A stretch of 64,000 bases of DNA, taken from assembly GCA_934190785.1 (NCBI GenBank), contig CAKPTA010000002.1, forward strand, positions 146,269 through 210,268, in the 5' to 3' direction. Shown here one piece after another: positions 62,034 to 64,000 of the stretch. The stretch comes from an uncultured Bacilli bacterium. Its GTDB lineage: Bacteria > Bacillota_I > Bacilli_A > RF39 > UBA660. The translations under genes and the position numbers were made by a program. The notes beneath the pieces are model-generated. The model was not told where the DNA came from. It saw only the letters and a list, made by a program, of their open reading frames with translations, and searched no databases. Every line of letters starts with the position of its first letter. Position 1 is the stretch's first letter.

Positions 62034-63176
62034 ATGGAGTTAAAAGAATTATGCAAAATTAAGCATGGTTTTGCTTTTAAAGGAAAGGATATAATAAAAA
62101 ATTATTCTACTAAATATGTTTTAGTTACTCCTGGTAATTTTAATATAGGTGGTGGTTTTAAGAAAGATAAATGTAAATATTTTTCTAAAAATGGTAACAT
62201 TCCAAAGGATTATATTTTAAGAGAAAATGATTTGATAGTTACCATGACCGATTTGAGTGTAAAGTCTGACACATTAGGCTACTCTGCACTTATACCAAAA
62301 GATAATAATATATATCTTCATAATCAACGAATTGGATTAGTTCATGATATAGATGAATCTAAAGTATTAAAAGATTATTTATACTGGTTTATGAGAACTA
62401 AAAAATATCAACAAGAGGTTGTAGCTTCTCAATCAGGTACTGCAATTCATCATACATCTCCAGATCGAATATTAAATATAGAAATCGATTTGCCATCAAT
62501 AGATAATCAGAGAAAAATAGTTAAAATATTGTCTGATGTAGAACATAAAATTAAAAATAATAATGATACAAATAATAATTTGTACGAGGTATCAAAACAA
62601 TTGTTATTAAAATATTTAGATGAAAATAAGAGTTTTGATGAAATTAATATAAGTAAATTTCTAAATATATTTACTGGAAAGAAGAATGCTAACGAAACAT
62701 CTCCAACTGGTAAATATAAATTCTTCTCTTGTGCACCAGAAAGTTTATTATCTGATACATATTTATGTGATAGTGCTGCAATAATAGTTGCTGGTAATGG
62801 TGCATATACAGGAAGAACAAGATTTTATGATGGTAAGTTTGAACTTTATCAAAGAACTTATGGATTAACATTGAAAGATGGCTTTGAAAAGAATAATATA
62901 TATGGTTTATATGTATTTATGAAAACTATTTTTGAACCAGATAAGATGGGTGGAACTCATGGATCAGCTATACCATATATTGTGTTATCAGATTTGACAG
63001 ATTATAAATTAAAATATAACAAAGTTGAATTTGATAGATTTTCAAATTTAGTAAGTGGTAATATAAAAATGATTCAAGAAAATGAAAAATCTAATGAAAA
63101 ATTATCAGAACTAAGAGATACATTATTACCAAAATTAATGAATGGTGAAATAGATTTAGATAATATAGAGATTTAA
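62034..63176 (+). CDS. hsdS: type I restriction-modification specificity subunit HsdS (two target-recognition domains)
   Basis: 380 aa. Central conserved spacer (LPSIDNQRKIVKILSDVEHKI) and C-terminal conserved helix (LRDTLLPKLMNGEIDL) flank two variable TRDs. Confidence 0.85.
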   Translation: MELKELCKIKHGFAFKGKDIIKNYSTKYVLVTPGNFNIGGGFKKDKCKYFSKNGNIPKDYILRENDLIVTMTDLSVKSDTLGYSALIPKDNNIYLHNQRIGLVHDIDESKVLKDYLYWFMRTKKYQQEVVASQSGTAIHHTSPDRILNIEIDLPSIDNQRKIVKILSDVEHKIKNNNDTNNNLYEVSKQLLLKYLDENKSFDEINISKFLNIFTGKKNANETSPTGKYKFFSCAPESLLSDTYLCDSAAIIVAGNGAYTGRTRFYDGKFELYQRTYGLTLKDGFEKNNIYGLYVFMKTIFEPDKMGGTHGSAIPYIVLSDLTDYKLKYNKVEFDRFSNLVSGNIKMIQENEKSNEKLSELRDTLLPKLMNGEIDLDNIEI

Positions 63177-63211
63177 TCATACAAATTGTGATTTGTATAA
63201 TGGAGGAATAC

Positions 63212-63973
63212 ATGAAAAAGGATTTATTTGATTATATAATAGAACCAACGGATAAAGAGTATAGAAAAGAAAATATAATAGACGATATATCTTTTATCCC
63301 AAAACTTATCATCCCTAAAAATGCTTATTTTATGAATCATCATGATTACTTAATAAATGATGCAATTGTAAATTATAATAATGAAACAGTAGTTGCAAAA
63401 ATGTTTTATGCAAACATGATAAAATATGAGAAATATTATGAAAAAACTAAAGATGAAAACTACGATTTTTGGGCAAGAAAGAATGGAGAACAGTTAATTA
63501 AGGAATTATATTCTATTTATGATAAGTCGGTTCATATTGTTAATTATTTGTTTGATTTGAAAGTACTTCCTGATTTAGGATTTAAAAAAAATATTAGAGA
63601 ACAATTAAAATCTAAAGATAAAGATTTCTATAAAGTGTTTAACAAAATATTTAGTAAACTTTATGGGGAATCAAACAATGTCGTTCGTGATGATATAACT
63701 CACAATTTTAGTAATTTATTTTTTAGATATGTTCCTAAGTACGATGATAGTAAGGAAACTGGTTGGTATACTGAAGAGTCTTTATCCTTTAAAGAATACA
63801 AAAATATAATTGATGAAATCTGTTCGTTATTGGTAGAAAATAAAAATATTATTATAAATAAAATTGCTAGTATTTATCCTAAAAAGGGAACAGAAGAATA
63901 CGAAGAACAATGTAAGAAGAATATTGATAGGGCAAAAGAAATGTATGATAAATTAAAAGCTGGAAATCATTAA
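63212..63973 (+). CDS. hypothetical protein with HEPN-like Rx4HN motif (candidate Abi/RNase partner of the RM locus)
   Basis: 254 aa. RBS GGAGGA lies before the ATG at 63212. The C-terminal half contains VVRDDITHNFSN (R-x4-H-N). No other recognisable motif. Confidence 0.4.
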   Translation: MKKDLFDYIIEPTDKEYRKENIIDDISFIPKLIIPKNAYFMNHHDYLINDAIVNYNNETVVAKMFYANMIKYEKYYEKTKDENYDFWARKNGEQLIKELYSIYDKSVHIVNYLFDLKVLPDLGFKKNIREQLKSKDKDFYKVFNKIFSKLYGESNNVVRDDITHNFSNLFFRYVPKYDDSKETGWYTEESLSFKEYKNIIDEICSLLVENKNIIINKIASIYPKKGTEEYEEQCKKNIDRAKEMYDKLKAGNH

Positions 63974-64000
63974 AAGATATTTAATGAGTAACATCAAAAA

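Noticed and set aside
59464-63176. Calling the type I RM system incomplete or defective because hsdR is absent
   Set aside because: hsdR commonly lies downstream of hsdS or elsewhere. The window ends 800 nt after hsdS, so its absence cannot be concluded.
1-64000. CRISPR arrays, rRNA or tRNA genes
   Set aside because: Intergenic regions were scanned. None contains regularly spaced direct repeats or a tRNA-like cloverleaf. The longest intergenic segments are accounted for by leaders: T-box, S10 leader, L13 leader.

Overview
AT-rich, low-GC Firmicutes chromosome segment, probably spore-former-like. Sporulation-associated genes spoVT, bofA and cwlD are present, and local gene order resembles the origin-proximal region of Bacillus subtilis. 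From 1 to about 27.9 kb lie housekeeping genes: dnaX C-terminus, ybaB, recR, bofA, holB, yaaT/ricT, trmN6-like, rsmI, pth, mfd, an antisense CBS-domain family II pyrophosphatase, spoVT, a T-box-regulated metS, tatD, ksgA, AGCS symporter, ung, tilS, ftsH, soj/spo0J, mscS, abgT-like, ychF, and rpsF-ssb-rpsR. From 28.4 to 42.7 kb is the complete S10-spc-alpha ribosomal protein cluster (rpsJ through rplQ, plus secY, adk, map, infA, rpmJ and rpoA); no rpmD/L30 gene is present. From 42.7 to 52.8 kb lie an SDR gene, a prepilin-like gene, a degenerate EcfA/EcfA' ATPase pair without ecfT, truA-rplM-rpsI, a methyltransferase, cwlD, a single-gene Abi_2 (AbiD/F-like) insertion, htrA, hsp20 and an M23 peptidase. 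At about 52.9 kb an N-acetylmuramoyl-L-alanine amidase gene is truncated after roughly 90 codons. From there to the window end lies a strongly AT-rich, lysine/asparagine-rich accessory island. Its first operon is a 1,620-aa STAND/NACHT-like P-loop NTPase (Walker A GQPGVGKS, Walker B IIFDGLDH, possible N-terminal nuclease-like motif, roughly 1,000-aa repeat-like C-terminus) followed 32 nt downstream by a Fic/Fido-domain gene with a non-canonical motif (HPFREGNTRTTA). Two terminators separate this operon from a type I restriction-modification locus arranged hsdM, tyrosine recombinase, hsdS. After hsdS comes a candidate HEPN-motif (Rx4HN) protein. The NTPase+Fic pair is the best candidate for an undescribed antiphage or abortive-infection system. 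No rRNA, tRNA or CRISPR arrays were detected.
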